A DNA stretch of 64,000 bases, from NCBI GenBank assembly GCA_046336365.1, contig JBKDHQ010000163.1:2316-66315 (forward strand). Direction: 5' to 3'. Made by a program: the position numbers and the translations under genes. The DNA is from Neisseriaceae bacterium. GTDB taxonomy: Bacteria; Pseudomonadota; Gammaproteobacteria; Burkholderiales; UBA11063. This document shows, piece after piece, positions 28,823 to 38,625 of the stretch (positions within the stretch are counted from its first letter, which is position 1; each line of letters begins with the position of its first letter). The notes beneath the pieces were generated by a model, which saw nothing but the letters and a program-made list of their open reading frames with translations, was not told where the DNA came from and did no database searches.

Positions 28823-31261
28823 ATGCATAAGTTTAATAAGATATTGATTTTATTGGTTGTTATATACATAAATGATGCTTATGCAAATAATATTAGTACA
28901 TCTAATAATGGACTAAATGATTTAATTAAAACTTCTCCAAATTTCCCAGGTTGTGGTATCAAAGATACAAGTTGGCAGGAACAAGCTGGAGATGATTTTG
29001 TACCAAATCCAGTTTTGCCTGAATCAGCATTATATTTGCAAGCAGATAGTGTTACAGGTCAAGAAAGTGGTGTCCATTATGTAAGTGGTAATGTGGTTGC
29101 ATATAAAGATGACAAAACCTTAACCGCAGATTGGCTAATTTATAATCAAAATAATTCACGGGCAATTGGTAGTAATATTGTTCTAACACGTCAATATAAT
29201 GTTATGACAGGACAATGGGCAGACTATTTTTTTGACTTAAATTCTGGAGTGATAGAAGAAGCAAGTGCAAAAGATAATACTACTGAAATGTATGTAGAAG
29301 GTAAAAAAATAAAAATATATAATAAATATAGATATAAAGCAGAGAGTGGTTTTTTTACAAGTTGTGATCCAAAAAACCCAGCCTGGCATTTCACATCACA
29401 ATCAACAAGTGTAGATTATCAGGATAGTCAAGGTGTGGCCCGACATGCTACTTTTTATGTAGAGTCTTTACCTATTCTCTATACTCCATACTTTCACTTT
29501 CCATTAGGAAAAAGAAAATCTGGGTTTTTGCTTCCAGAAATTGGTGGGCTTGGCTATTCTGCTGGAGGTACAAACTACTTTGTGGGGACTCCGTTTTATT
29601 GGAATATGGCACCAAACTATGATATGACAATTGAGCCAAAGATATATTCAATATCTGGATTCATGTTGACTGATCAATTTCGTTATCTAACAGAAAATGG
29701 TAATGGAGAAATTTATACTGAACAATTACCAAATAGCTGGGCAACAGGCAAATACCGTTATTATTGGCACTTATTAGATAATCATACCCTAGCAAAAGAT
29801 TGGACTGTAGGCTATACTTTCAATTCTGTATCAGATAATAATTATTTCGTTGATTTCGGTAATGCGAATTCTTTTGTAGACAATATCAATTTAGAACGTT
29901 CAGCATTTATTCGCTATCAACCATATTGGGGAATGTTTGATATAAAAACCCAAGGTTTCCAAACTTTAAACCCATCTGGTCAGCCACCATCTCCGCCGAT
30001 TTATTCTATGTTACCGCAGATTAATTTTAATGTTAATCCAACATCGGTTAACAATACATTTGTTAAATTGGGGCTTAATTCACAGCTAACTGTATTTAAG
30101 TCTGATATATTGGGAGGAGGAGTGTTAGATAGTACTGGCAACCCAGCAACATCATTACAAGATGGGACAAGGTTGGTATTTTATCCAAGCATCACTACTC
30201 CAATACAATCAGCGTGGGGTTATATAACTCCTAAATTTGGCTATCATTATACGCATTATTCTTTAGATCCATATTCAGGCTTTTACCCAGGAGGAGGTAC
30301 TGTTGTTCGGCAGTTACCAATTACATCCGTTGATTCTGGTTTGTACTTTGATAGGGAAGTTACATGGTTTAATTCTAGTTTTGTTCAAACTTTGGAACCT
30401 AGATTATACTATCTTTATATTCCGCAAACTAATCAGGCAAATTTACCAGTTTTTGATACTGCGGTTGCAACTCCGAGTTTAAATCAATTATTTAGTGAAA
30501 ATAGATTTTCTGGTTATGATAGAATTAATTCTGCAAATGATATTACAGTTGGGTTAACTTCTAGAGTACTAAATGATAATACTGGTACTGAGTTAGCCAA
30601 TTGGGGTGCAGGTTACCGTTATTATCTCACACCGTATAATAATTTGATTTATGGTAGTTACAACCAATTTGGTCAGCTTTACCAGCCTACACCAAATTTT
30701 GTGACTGAGTTAAGTAATAATTGGGCACATAACATATCAACAGCAGCTACCTTTCAATATGATAGCCTGTTTAATAATGTGGATGGATACTCATTACAAT
30801 TTAAGTATAACCCAGAACAGCATAAAGTGTTAAACGTAAAATATAGTTATCAATATCAAATGCCAATATTCTTTTATGCATGGGTTCCAGGGCAACAATT
30901 TCAGCCTATCGCTACTGAAAACCAACACGCTATAGATATATCTGGCCAGTGGCCATTATTTTCTAATAAATGGTTATTAGACGGCAGGATGAATTATGAT
31001 TTAACGAGCGGACAAATTTTAAATGCTTTAGGTGGTTTGGAATATAATGGTGGATGTTGGTCTTTAGCACTTGTATATGAACAGTTTACAACTGGTGCAG
31101 CTGTTCCAGCTGGTGCATATAATACATATAATGCTTATACTTCAGCATATTATGTACAGTTTACTTTGCGTGGTCTAACTAATATTGGTACCGGTGATCC
31201 AACCAGCGATCTGAAAATGAATATTCCTGGTTATGCACCAGTTACTACGTTAGTACATTAA
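28823..31261 (+). CDS. lptD: LPS-assembly outer-membrane protein LptD
   Basis: 812 aa with a signal peptide and an aromatic-rich beta-barrel sequence. N-terminal 'A........Y.GNV' OstA-like region. It lies directly upstream of surA-pdxA. Confidence 0.9.
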   Translation: MHKFNKILILLVVIYINDAYANNISTSNNGLNDLIKTSPNFPGCGIKDTSWQEQAGDDFVPNPVLPESALYLQADSVTGQESGVHYVSGNVVAYKDDKTLTADWLIYNQNNSRAIGSNIVLTRQYNVMTGQWADYFFDLNSGVIEEASAKDNTTEMYVEGKKIKIYNKYRYKAESGFFTSCDPKNPAWHFTSQSTSVDYQDSQGVARHATFYVESLPILYTPYFHFPLGKRKSGFLLPEIGGLGYSAGGTNYFVGTPFYWNMAPNYDMTIEPKIYSISGFMLTDQFRYLTENGNGEIYTEQLPNSWATGKYRYYWHLLDNHTLAKDWTVGYTFNSVSDNNYFVDFGNANSFVDNINLERSAFIRYQPYWGMFDIKTQGFQTLNPSGQPPSPPIYSMLPQINFNVNPTSVNNTFVKLGLNSQLTVFKSDILGGGVLDSTGNPATSLQDGTRLVFYPSITTPIQSAWGYITPKFGYHYTHYSLDPYSGFYPGGGTVVRQLPITSVDSGLYFDREVTWFNSSFVQTLEPRLYYLYIPQTNQANLPVFDTAVATPSLNQLFSENRFSGYDRINSANDITVGLTSRVLNDNTGTELANWGAGYRYYLTPYNNLIYGSYNQFGQLYQPTPNFVTELSNNWAHNISTAATFQYDSLFNNVDGYSLQFKYNPEQHKVLNVKYSYQYQMPIFFYAWVPGQQFQPIATENQHAIDISGQWPLFSNKWLLDGRMNYDLTSGQILNALGGLEYNGGCWSLALVYEQFTTGAAVPAGAYNTYNAYTSAYYVQFTLRGLTNIGTGDPTSDLKMNIPGYAPVTTLVH

Positions 31262-31278
31262 TTTTTTTGTGTAGAAAT

Positions 31279-32664
31279 ATGATGCAATTATTCTTAAAAT
31301 TTTTTATGTTATCTTTATTAAGTTATCTTGCGTTTGCAGATAATTCGAGTATACTTGAGTCAAGAAATATTAGTAGAACAAAAGTTACCAATTTAAAGTC
31401 TGAACCAAAAGCAAGAAATGATGTAAGTATAAAACCACTAGACCTAATTGTAGCATTTGTGAATAAAGGGGTTATTACCTCAAGCCAGCTAAATAATGAA
31501 ATTAATTTTATGCGTAATAGCTATAAGCAAAAAGGTATAGCAGTTAAAGATAATGCAGCTTTTAGAAATAATGTATTAAACCAAATGATAACTTTAAAAG
31601 TACAATTAGATTTAGCAAAGAGGTTGGGTATACAAACAAGTGATATGGAAATAAGTACTGCAATAAACAATATTGCCAAATCACAAGGTTTAACACTTGA
31701 TCAATTTAAAGCTAAGCTTGCAAGAGGTGGAGTTAGTTATGAAGACTTTCAAAGGCAAGCTCGTGATCAAATTATTGCTGAGAAATTAAAGCAACGTGAG
31801 GTTGATGCTAGAATTATGGTTACAGATGATGAGATTAAGCGTATTTTAAGTAGTGAAGCATATAAAAAACGGATAGACTACAATTTATCCTATATTATTG
31901 TGAGTGTGCCGGAGCATTCCTCACAAGATATAATACAAAGTAAGCAAAAACTTGCAAATGAAGCATACCAAGCGTTAAAAAATAGCCAATCTTTTCGTGA
32001 TGTATCTGCAAAATATTCCAATGCACCGAATGCTCTTGAAGGTGGATCATTGGGCTGGAAAAGTAATGTTGCACTACCTGGAATAATCTCTAATGCATTA
32101 GCTAGTTTGAGTAAAGGCGATATAACCCAAGTAATTCAATTACCAATGGGTTTTCTAATATTTAAGATAAATGATATTAAAAAATTGGGTACACCACAAA
32201 TTATTAGGCAATATCATGTAAGGCATATATTAATAAAAGTTGGTGAGAATAATAGTGATAGTGAAGCACATCAAAAAATCGTAATGATAAAAGATATGCT
32301 TGATAAATATAAAAATGATCCAAAACAAGAAAGTAAGGAATTTACGAAATTAGCCAAACGATATTCAGAAGATGCTAGTAGTATTAATGGAGGAGATATT
32401 GGTTGGGTAAGTAATGGCGATACAGTTCCGGAATTTGAAAATACTATCATAAAAACTCCAATTGGTCAAATTAGTAAACCAATTAAAACTCCTTTTGGAT
32501 GGCATATTCTGCAAGTTGAAGGAGTACGTGATGCTGATAAAACTAATGATGTAGTGAAAGCATCTATAAGGCAGGAAATTAGAGAAGTTAAAGCAGCTCT
32601 TTTATATACAGAATGGATTAGGAATATTAGGGACGCTGCATATGTAAAAATAAACGAAAATTAA
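31279..32664 (+). CDS. surA: Periplasmic chaperone / PPIase SurA
   Basis: Signal peptide present. Two parvulin domains with 'GGSLGW' and 'GGDIGW...GWHIL'. The ATG at 31279 is preferred over the track TTG at 31267. Confidence 0.9.
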   Translation: MMQLFLKFFMLSLLSYLAFADNSSILESRNISRTKVTNLKSEPKARNDVSIKPLDLIVAFVNKGVITSSQLNNEINFMRNSYKQKGIAVKDNAAFRNNVLNQMITLKVQLDLAKRLGIQTSDMEISTAINNIAKSQGLTLDQFKAKLARGGVSYEDFQRQARDQIIAEKLKQREVDARIMVTDDEIKRILSSEAYKKRIDYNLSYIIVSVPEHSSQDIIQSKQKLANEAYQALKNSQSFRDVSAKYSNAPNALEGGSLGWKSNVALPGIISNALASLSKGDITQVIQLPMGFLIFKINDIKKLGTPQIIRQYHVRHILIKVGENNSDSEAHQKIVMIKDMLDKYKNDPKQESKEFTKLAKRYSEDASSINGGDIGWVSNGDTVPEFENTIIKTPIGQISKPIKTPFGWHILQVEGVRDADKTNDVVKASIRQEIREVKAALLYTEWIRNIRDAAYVKINEN

Positions 32665-32672
32665 AGATATAA

Positions 32673-33686
32673 ATGAGTAGAAAAATAATTTTGGTGACAT
32701 CAGGAGAACCAGGCGGTATTGGCCCTGATATATGTTTAGACTTAACTAATATTAATGTTTCTAGTGATTATATAATAGTAGTAATTGGTGATGTACAATT
32801 ACTTGAGGATCGTGCTAAGATATTAAATAAAAATATAAACATTGTTGGTTTTGATAATGTTGAAGATATTTGTAATTACTCGAGTTTAGAATATAATAAA
32901 AGTCAGCTATTAGTGCTTAACTGTAATTGCCCATGTAAAGATACACTCGGAAAATTGAAAGTTGAAAATGTAAATTACGTTTTAAATACGTTAGATGTAG
33001 CAATTAAGTTATGCAAGTCTGGAATAAGTAATACTATAGTTACCGCTCCTTTAAGTAAAGAAATCATTAATATGAGTGGTGCTAAGTTCATGGGGCATAC
33101 CGAGTATTTTGCGATAGCCTTTAATTGTAATAAAGTAGTTATGATGCTAGCAAACAATGTTATGAAAGTAGCATTATTAACTACACACTTACCTTTAAAG
33201 AATATTCCTAACTACATTACTACTGATAACCTCTCTCGAACTATAAAAATTATCATACATAGTTTTTCTAATTTATATGGTATAAAGAATCCTAAAATTG
33301 CAGTTTGTGGATTAAATCCGCATGCAGGAGAAGGTGGATATTTAGGAAGCGAAGAGATAGAAGTAATTAATCCAGTAATAAAAATCTTTCAAGATGATGG
33401 TTATAATGTTAGTGGCAGCTATCCCGCAGATACCATTTTTAATAGAGCATCTGAGTTTGATGTTATATTAGCTATGTATCATGATCAAGGGTTACCCGTT
33501 TTAAAATATTCAGGTTTTGCAGATGGAGTTAATGTAACGCTAGGGTTACCAATAATTCGAACTTCTGTTGATCACGGTACTGCTTTGGAATTAGCTGGTA
33601 GTGGGAAAGCAGATAGTGCTAGCCTTATCAATGCAGTAAATTTTGCTATAACTTTTTCACAATTAAAGCTATCAGCTATACTCTAA
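32673..33686 (+). CDS. pdxA: 4-hydroxythreonine-4-phosphate dehydrogenase
   Basis: 'TSGEPGGIGPD', 'GHTEY', 'CGLNPHAGEGG' and 'YHDQGLP'. The last 9 nt, including the stop, lie inside a MITE terminus. Confidence 0.9.
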   Translation: MSRKIILVTSGEPGGIGPDICLDLTNINVSSDYIIVVIGDVQLLEDRAKILNKNINIVGFDNVEDICNYSSLEYNKSQLLVLNCNCPCKDTLGKLKVENVNYVLNTLDVAIKLCKSGISNTIVTAPLSKEIINMSGAKFMGHTEYFAIAFNCNKVVMMLANNVMKVALLTTHLPLKNIPNYITTDNLSRTIKIIIHSFSNLYGIKNPKIAVCGLNPHAGEGGYLGSEEIEVINPVIKIFQDDGYNVSGSYPADTIFNRASEFDVILAMYHDQGLPVLKYSGFADGVNVTLGLPIIRTSVDHGTALELAGSGKADSASLINAVNFAITFSQLKLSAIL

Positions 33687-33782
33687 CAGATTCAAATTTC
33701 ATGGAATCGACAAACGATGTCGCTCACTACTATTAGGCTAGAAGCTTGGCAACAAACAGGGAACTTGAATCTGTTAGAGTAT
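33678..33782. repeat. MITE-like palindromic element, family A, copy 2 (perfect 18-bp TIRs)
   Basis: 'atactctaacagattcaa' (33678-33695) is the exact reverse complement of 'ttgaatctgttagagtat' (33765-33782). The core matches 22-47 in inverted orientation. Confidence 0.85.
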
Positions 33783-33818
33783 ACAACATAATCAAATATT
33801 ATAGGGAAATGTAAGCTA

Positions 33819-35084
33819 ATGTATACTAATACTAAAAAAAATGCGATTTATGCACAATCAGGAGGAGTAACTTCAGTAATTAATGCTTCAGCATCTGGTG
33901 TGATTAAAGCATGTAGAGAAGATTTTGATAAGATTGGTAAATTATATGCAGCAAATAATGGGATTTTAGGTGTTTTAAATGAAGATTTGATTGATACAAG
34001 TTTTGAATCTGATACAGATATTGAACTATTACGTTATACACCAGGTGGAGCATTTGGTTCATGTCGTTATAAACTAAAGAACTTAAACACAAACCGTAAG
34101 GAATATGAGAGATTAATTGAAGTATTTTCAGCGCATGATATTGAATATTTTTTCTATAATGGTGGTAATGATTCTGCTGATACATGTTTAAAAGTTTCAC
34201 AGATTGCTAATGAGCTTGGCTATCCAATCAAAGCGATCCATATCCCAAAAACAATCGATAATGATTTAGTTATAACTGATAATTGTCCTGGATTTGGTAG
34301 TGTGGCTAAATATATTGCTATTTCAATTAAAGAGGCTGGTCTGGATTTGGCATCTATGTATGCAACCTCAACAAAAGTTTTTATTTTAGAGTGTATGGGA
34401 AGAAATGCTGGTTGGATTACAGCTTCTGCAGGTCTTGCATCTCAACATGAATCGGAACCACCACATATTATACTGTTTCCTGAAATTATATTTGATGAGG
34501 CTAAATTTTTGGCTAAAGTCGAAGATTCAGTAAGTAAATTTGGATATTGTGTTATTGCTGCATCTGAAGGGATAAAGAATGCTAATGGTAAATTGATAAG
34601 TAGTTCAGATCATACTGATATGTTTGGGCATGCTCAATTAGGTGGAGTTGCTGCTATTTTAGCAGATACTGTTACTAAAAATTTGCAATATAAATGTCAT
34701 TACGCAATATCAGATTACTTACAACGTTCAGCACGGCATATTGCATCAAAAACTGATGTGGAACAAGCATATGCGTTGGGTCAGGAAGGAGTAAGGCTTG
34801 CTCTTTTAGGGCATAATGCAGTAATGTCTTATATTAAGCGTGTATCACAAAACCCATACAAGTGGGAGATTGACTATGTAAATCTTACCGAGGTAGCTAA
34901 TTTTGAGAAATTCATGCCAAGAAATTTTATCAGTGAAGATGGGTATCATATAACCGATATATGTAGAGAATATATACAACCATTAATTAACGGAGAAGAT
35001 TATCCACAGTATATTAGTGGATTACCTAATTATGTCAAACTGAAAAATATTAAGGTAGCAAAAAAGCTTGATCAATTAAACTAA
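33819..35084 (+). CDS. pfp: Phosphofructokinase, probably pyrophosphate-dependent
   Basis: PFK fold motifs are present. 'GGNDS' has Asp where ATP-PFKs have Gly in GGDGS. 'PKTIDND' has Lys where ATP-PFKs have Gly. Length is 421 aa. Confidence 0.8.
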   Translation: MYTNTKKNAIYAQSGGVTSVINASASGVIKACREDFDKIGKLYAANNGILGVLNEDLIDTSFESDTDIELLRYTPGGAFGSCRYKLKNLNTNRKEYERLIEVFSAHDIEYFFYNGGNDSADTCLKVSQIANELGYPIKAIHIPKTIDNDLVITDNCPGFGSVAKYIAISIKEAGLDLASMYATSTKVFILECMGRNAGWITASAGLASQHESEPPHIILFPEIIFDEAKFLAKVEDSVSKFGYCVIAASEGIKNANGKLISSSDHTDMFGHAQLGGVAAILADTVTKNLQYKCHYAISDYLQRSARHIASKTDVEQAYALGQEGVRLALLGHNAVMSYIKRVSQNPYKWEIDYVNLTEVANFEKFMPRNFISEDGYHITDICREYIQPLINGEDYPQYISGLPNYVKLKNIKVAKKLDQLN

Positions 35085-35284
35085 ATCAAATTAGTACTAA
35101 CTATTAATCTTACTTTTAATCTATTAAAACTAAATCTAGAGATTAGGCAAGGAAAAGCTTAAATAAAATCTGCAGTTCAAACTTTCTTATTTGAGTTATA
35201 TTTATATCGAATGCATTTAAGCGGAAACATTTTGAAGAAATAATTATTTTGCAATGTGTTTGCTGGTATCGGAAGCTTATTTTT

Positions 35285-35324
35285 GCAAATAAAGTTGACA
35301 TTTGCTCTCAATTTGTATTATTAT
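35285..35324 (+). promoter_or_regulatory. Putative sigma70 promoter with overlapping palindromic operator for the TA operon
   Basis: TTGACA at 35295-35300 and TATTAT at 35319-35324, with an 18-nt spacer. The palindrome GCAAAT-N9-ATTTGC (35285-35305) spans the -35 element. Confidence 0.3.
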
Positions 35325-35359
35325 TAAACATTATAAAGCACATTTAAAAGGATGGTAAA

Positions 35360-35626
35360 ATGAGCTTACATGCAATATACGCGCAAAAAACTATTGGAAT
35401 TACAGATTTAAAGCGTGGGGATACAAAGTTTCTTGATGATTTTCAAGAACCAGTAGCGGTACTGAATCGTGATAGTGTAAAAGCCTATTTAATTCCTGAA
35501 AAATTGATGGAATATTTTATGGATATATTAGATGATATTGAATTAAGAAAGGTCGCTAATGAGAGGCTTAAAGAATTAGAAGATGGGAAAACAAATACAA
35601 TTAGGGTAAATTTGGATGACTTATAA
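35360..35626 (+). CDS. Type II antitoxin (Phd/YefM-RelB/StbD type)
   Basis: 88 aa with an acidic C-terminus. It overlaps the downstream RelE-like toxin gene by 11 nt, the classic TA layout. Confidence 0.75.
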   Translation: MSLHAIYAQKTIGITDLKRGDTKFLDDFQEPVAVLNRDSVKAYLIPEKLMEYFMDILDDIELRKVANERLKELEDGKTNTIRVNLDDL

Positions 35627-35909
35627 TCTAGAGTTTGAAGATAAGGCTAAAAAGGAATGGGATAAGTTAGATAATTCAGTTAAAACTATATTTAAAGATA
35701 TGTTAAAGCGTAGGTTACATAATCCTAAAATCCCAAAGGATAGATTATTGGGAACGGGTAACCATGAATGCTATAAGATTAAATTGAGAAATCATGGTTA
35801 TAGGATGGTTTACGAAGTAATTAATAATAGATTTATTTTATTGGTTATCAGCGTTGGGAAACGTGAGAATGATGAAGTATATGTACGTATGCGCAAAAGG
35901 CTAAAATAG
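35616..35909 (+). CDS. Type II toxin, RelE/ParE (StbE-like) family
   Basis: 'F...A.KEW.KLD..VK..F...L..RL.NP...' , 'YKIKLR..GYRMVYEV......LLVISVGKRE...VY'. Confidence 0.85.
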   Translation: MTYNLEFEDKAKKEWDKLDNSVKTIFKDMLKRRLHNPKIPKDRLLGTGNHECYKIKLRNHGYRMVYEVINNRFILLVISVGKRENDEVYVRMRKRLK

Positions 35910-36059
35910 AATATATTTAGTTTCTATGTTGGTAAATTTTTTTGTGTTAAAATCTGTATTGGAAAGCAAAAAGCGATAAATTTATTGGAATGTGGTATTT
36001 ATTTTAGAATGTGCCTATAACCAATCCTCGAAAGCAAATATAATAAATTGATTTTCTTT

Positions 36060-36767
36060 CTATGCTAAATCAAACAAAATAAACTCACCGCTACCACTTA
36101 TCTTGATGGATGCCTCATCAGTAATTGCAACTCCATCACCATTAGTTAGCAAATAGTCTTTATTGATGGTAATGTTGCCTTTAACTAGTTGTATCCACAC
36201 TTTGCGCTTTGGATTAATTAAATAGTCAATTTTTGTATCTGCTATTTTTGAAGCATAAACTTTGACATCTTGTGCAATTATGAAACTATCATTTTGGCCA
36301 TCAGGACTTGCAACTAAAACTAACTTATTTAGATTATTGTCAATTTCAAAATTTTTTTGCTGATATAAAGGACTAAGACCTTTATCTGCTGGTATTATCC
36401 AGATTTGTAATAAATGCACATCCTCATCTTTAGAGGAGTTATATTCACTATGGGTAATACCAGTGCCCGCACGCATTAGCTGCAATTCACCACGACTAAT
36501 TATAGAAGTATTATTGATGCTATCTTTATGTTCTAATTGTCCGGAAATGATATAAGTAAGAATTTCCATATCTTGATGGCTATGAAATGGAAACCCAGAA
36601 TCAGCCTTTATATAATCTTCATTAATTACTCTTAGTGACTGAAAATGCATATGATGTGGATCATAATATTCTCCAAATGAGAAGCTATGATACGTATTTA
36701 GCCAATCATACTGTATGTGGCCACGATCTTCACTTTTACGAATTTTAATCATATGCTTATCCTCCAC
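36060..36767 (-). CDS. Pirin family protein (YhhW-like quercetinase fold)
   Basis: 'R.SEDRGH....WL.TYHSFSF..YYDP', cupin His ligands 'FPFHSHQDMEILTYI' and 'ITHSEYN'. Confidence 0.85.
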   Translation of the reverse strand: MEDKHMIKIRKSEDRGHIQYDWLNTYHSFSFGEYYDPHHMHFQSLRVINEDYIKADSGFPFHSHQDMEILTYIISGQLEHKDSINNTSIISRGELQLMRAGTGITHSEYNSSKDEDVHLLQIWIIPADKGLSPLYQQKNFEIDNNLNKLVLVASPDGQNDSFIIAQDVKVYASKIADTKIDYLINPKRKVWIQLVKGNITINKDYLLTNGDGVAITDEASIKISGSGEFILFDLA

Positions 36768-36865
36768 AATAAAAATTATTTTCCTACAAAAATTATTTGA
36801 CTTAACTGAAGTATAAATCAGCTTTTATATATAAATTAAATCCCTTTAGCTCTTAAAATAAAAAC

Positions 36866-38539
36866 TTATTGCTGTTTAATAAGTACAATTGCTTTTTTGG
36901 TAGCACTAATTGACTGTTGTGGGCTAATATTATTTTTATTTATTGGTTTTATTGCTAAATCAAAGCTGGTTTTTCCAATCAAAGGATAGAGCATATTGAG
37001 TTTATTAATACTCCAATTATTAGATTGTCTGTCTTGTGATAAGTGAGGTGGCTTAAATGTGTAATAATGTTCTTGATAAGCAAATGCATAATTTAGTAAT
37101 GCACTTTCACTATATTTAGGGCCTATAATTTCTAAACCAACTGGTAAACCCTTATATTGTGCAGCAGGCAAGGTAATTTCAGGTAACCCACTATTGGACG
37201 CGATTATAGATTGATCTCCAATTAGACTCCAGTCATAACTTGCTATTCCACTTTTGCCACTAGGTAGAATTAGCCCATCAATATGCTGTTGTTTCATTAT
37301 ATTTAATATATAAACTTGGTTTTTATTAATTGTTTTGATTACCTGTTTATATTCTGGGCTATTTTTAGGTCTTACACTATTAAGAAACCTGGAGCATTGT
37401 GCTTTACTACCAAAAACTCTAGTATTCCCATTACAAAACTGATTAAAGTCACTCATACTACTTATATTATTTGCCAGATATAAATTTATATCATCAATGG
37501 TGCCCGACATATTGTATTTCCTGTCTAAGTTATAATTTGGCAAATCGATTGTTGTAATAATTGCGCCGCTAGCTTGTAAATTTGTTTTAACTGTATTATA
37601 AATAGTGACAATAGGTTTAGGCATATTATTCCATAATGGTTTCCCAGATACACTTCTAATTATTGCAAAATGTTTACCATCTAAAATATTTTTATGTAAA
37701 TTTTTTGAATAATCAAATTTTGAATTAACCATGACAGTGAGTAGGTTAGCTAAATCAATAACATTATTAGCCATTGGCCCAGCTGTCCCATCCAGATTAC
37801 CTGTTGGAAAAATACCTTCATGGCTAACTAAGCCATATGTTGGTCTTAAACCATAAATGCCATTAAATGCCGCAGGGATTCGAACTGATCCACTATTATC
37901 TGTACCTATTGCAAGAGGTGCAAATCCAGCGGCGATGCTTACTGCAGAACCACCGCTTGAACCACTTGAGCTATAAGAGGTGTTATATGCATTTCCAATT
38001 CGTCCGCTTAAACTACTTATTCCTGATAGCCCTGCAGCTACTTCATCCATTGAGCTTTTTGCTAAAATAATTCCATCTTGGCTTTTAATGTTCTTTATAA
38101 TTTTAGAGTCAGCTATTGGATAAGTACCAAGTAAGGCAAGGCTCCCACTAGAACTACGTAAACCAGCCACATCAAAGTTATCTTTTACAACTACCGGAAT
38201 ACAAAATAAATTTCCTAAAGATGCTTGTTTTTTAGCTAATTTAATATCTAATTGTTTAGCTTCAAGTATGGCTTGAGAATTAACTTGGGTAATAGCATTT
38301 AAAGGTGCTTGATTGTTAAATATTGTTAAATTATATAAGCGAATACGGTTTAGGTATCCATTAATTAATTCCTGGCAAGTAAATTTGTGCTGAAATAATC
38401 CAATTTTAATTTGTTCAATACTTGGATAGCTATTTAAAAAACTTTCTATTGATGTAGTTGGGTTTGCGTATGAAGTAATGAAAACATTTAAGAATATGAA
38501 TGAAGTAATTAACTTTTTCATAGGATTATTTCCTGTCAT
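36866..38539 (-). CDS. Secreted amidase-signature (AS) family amidase
   Basis: N-terminal signal peptide. AS motif 'SSGSSGGSAVSIAAGFAPLAIGTDNSGSVRIPAAFNG'. Confidence 0.85.
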   Translation of the reverse strand: MTGNNPMKKLITSFIFLNVFITSYANPTTSIESFLNSYPSIEQIKIGLFQHKFTCQELINGYLNRIRLYNLTIFNNQAPLNAITQVNSQAILEAKQLDIKLAKKQASLGNLFCIPVVVKDNFDVAGLRSSSGSLALLGTYPIADSKIIKNIKSQDGIILAKSSMDEVAAGLSGISSLSGRIGNAYNTSYSSSGSSGGSAVSIAAGFAPLAIGTDNSGSVRIPAAFNGIYGLRPTYGLVSHEGIFPTGNLDGTAGPMANNVIDLANLLTVMVNSKFDYSKNLHKNILDGKHFAIIRSVSGKPLWNNMPKPIVTIYNTVKTNLQASGAIITTIDLPNYNLDRKYNMSGTIDDINLYLANNISSMSDFNQFCNGNTRVFGSKAQCSRFLNSVRPKNSPEYKQVIKTINKNQVYILNIMKQQHIDGLILPSGKSGIASYDWSLIGDQSIIASNSGLPEITLPAAQYKGLPVGLEIIGPKYSESALLNYAFAYQEHYYTFKPPHLSQDRQSNNWSINKLNMLYPLIGKTSFDLAIKPINKNNISPQQSISATKKAIVLIKQQ

Positions 38540-38625
38540 TCATTATGATTTTTATAATATATCATTAAGAAGTAGTGCAGTTTATTTGCAATACAGAACT
38601 ATTTAGCTGAAAATTCTCAAGTCTA

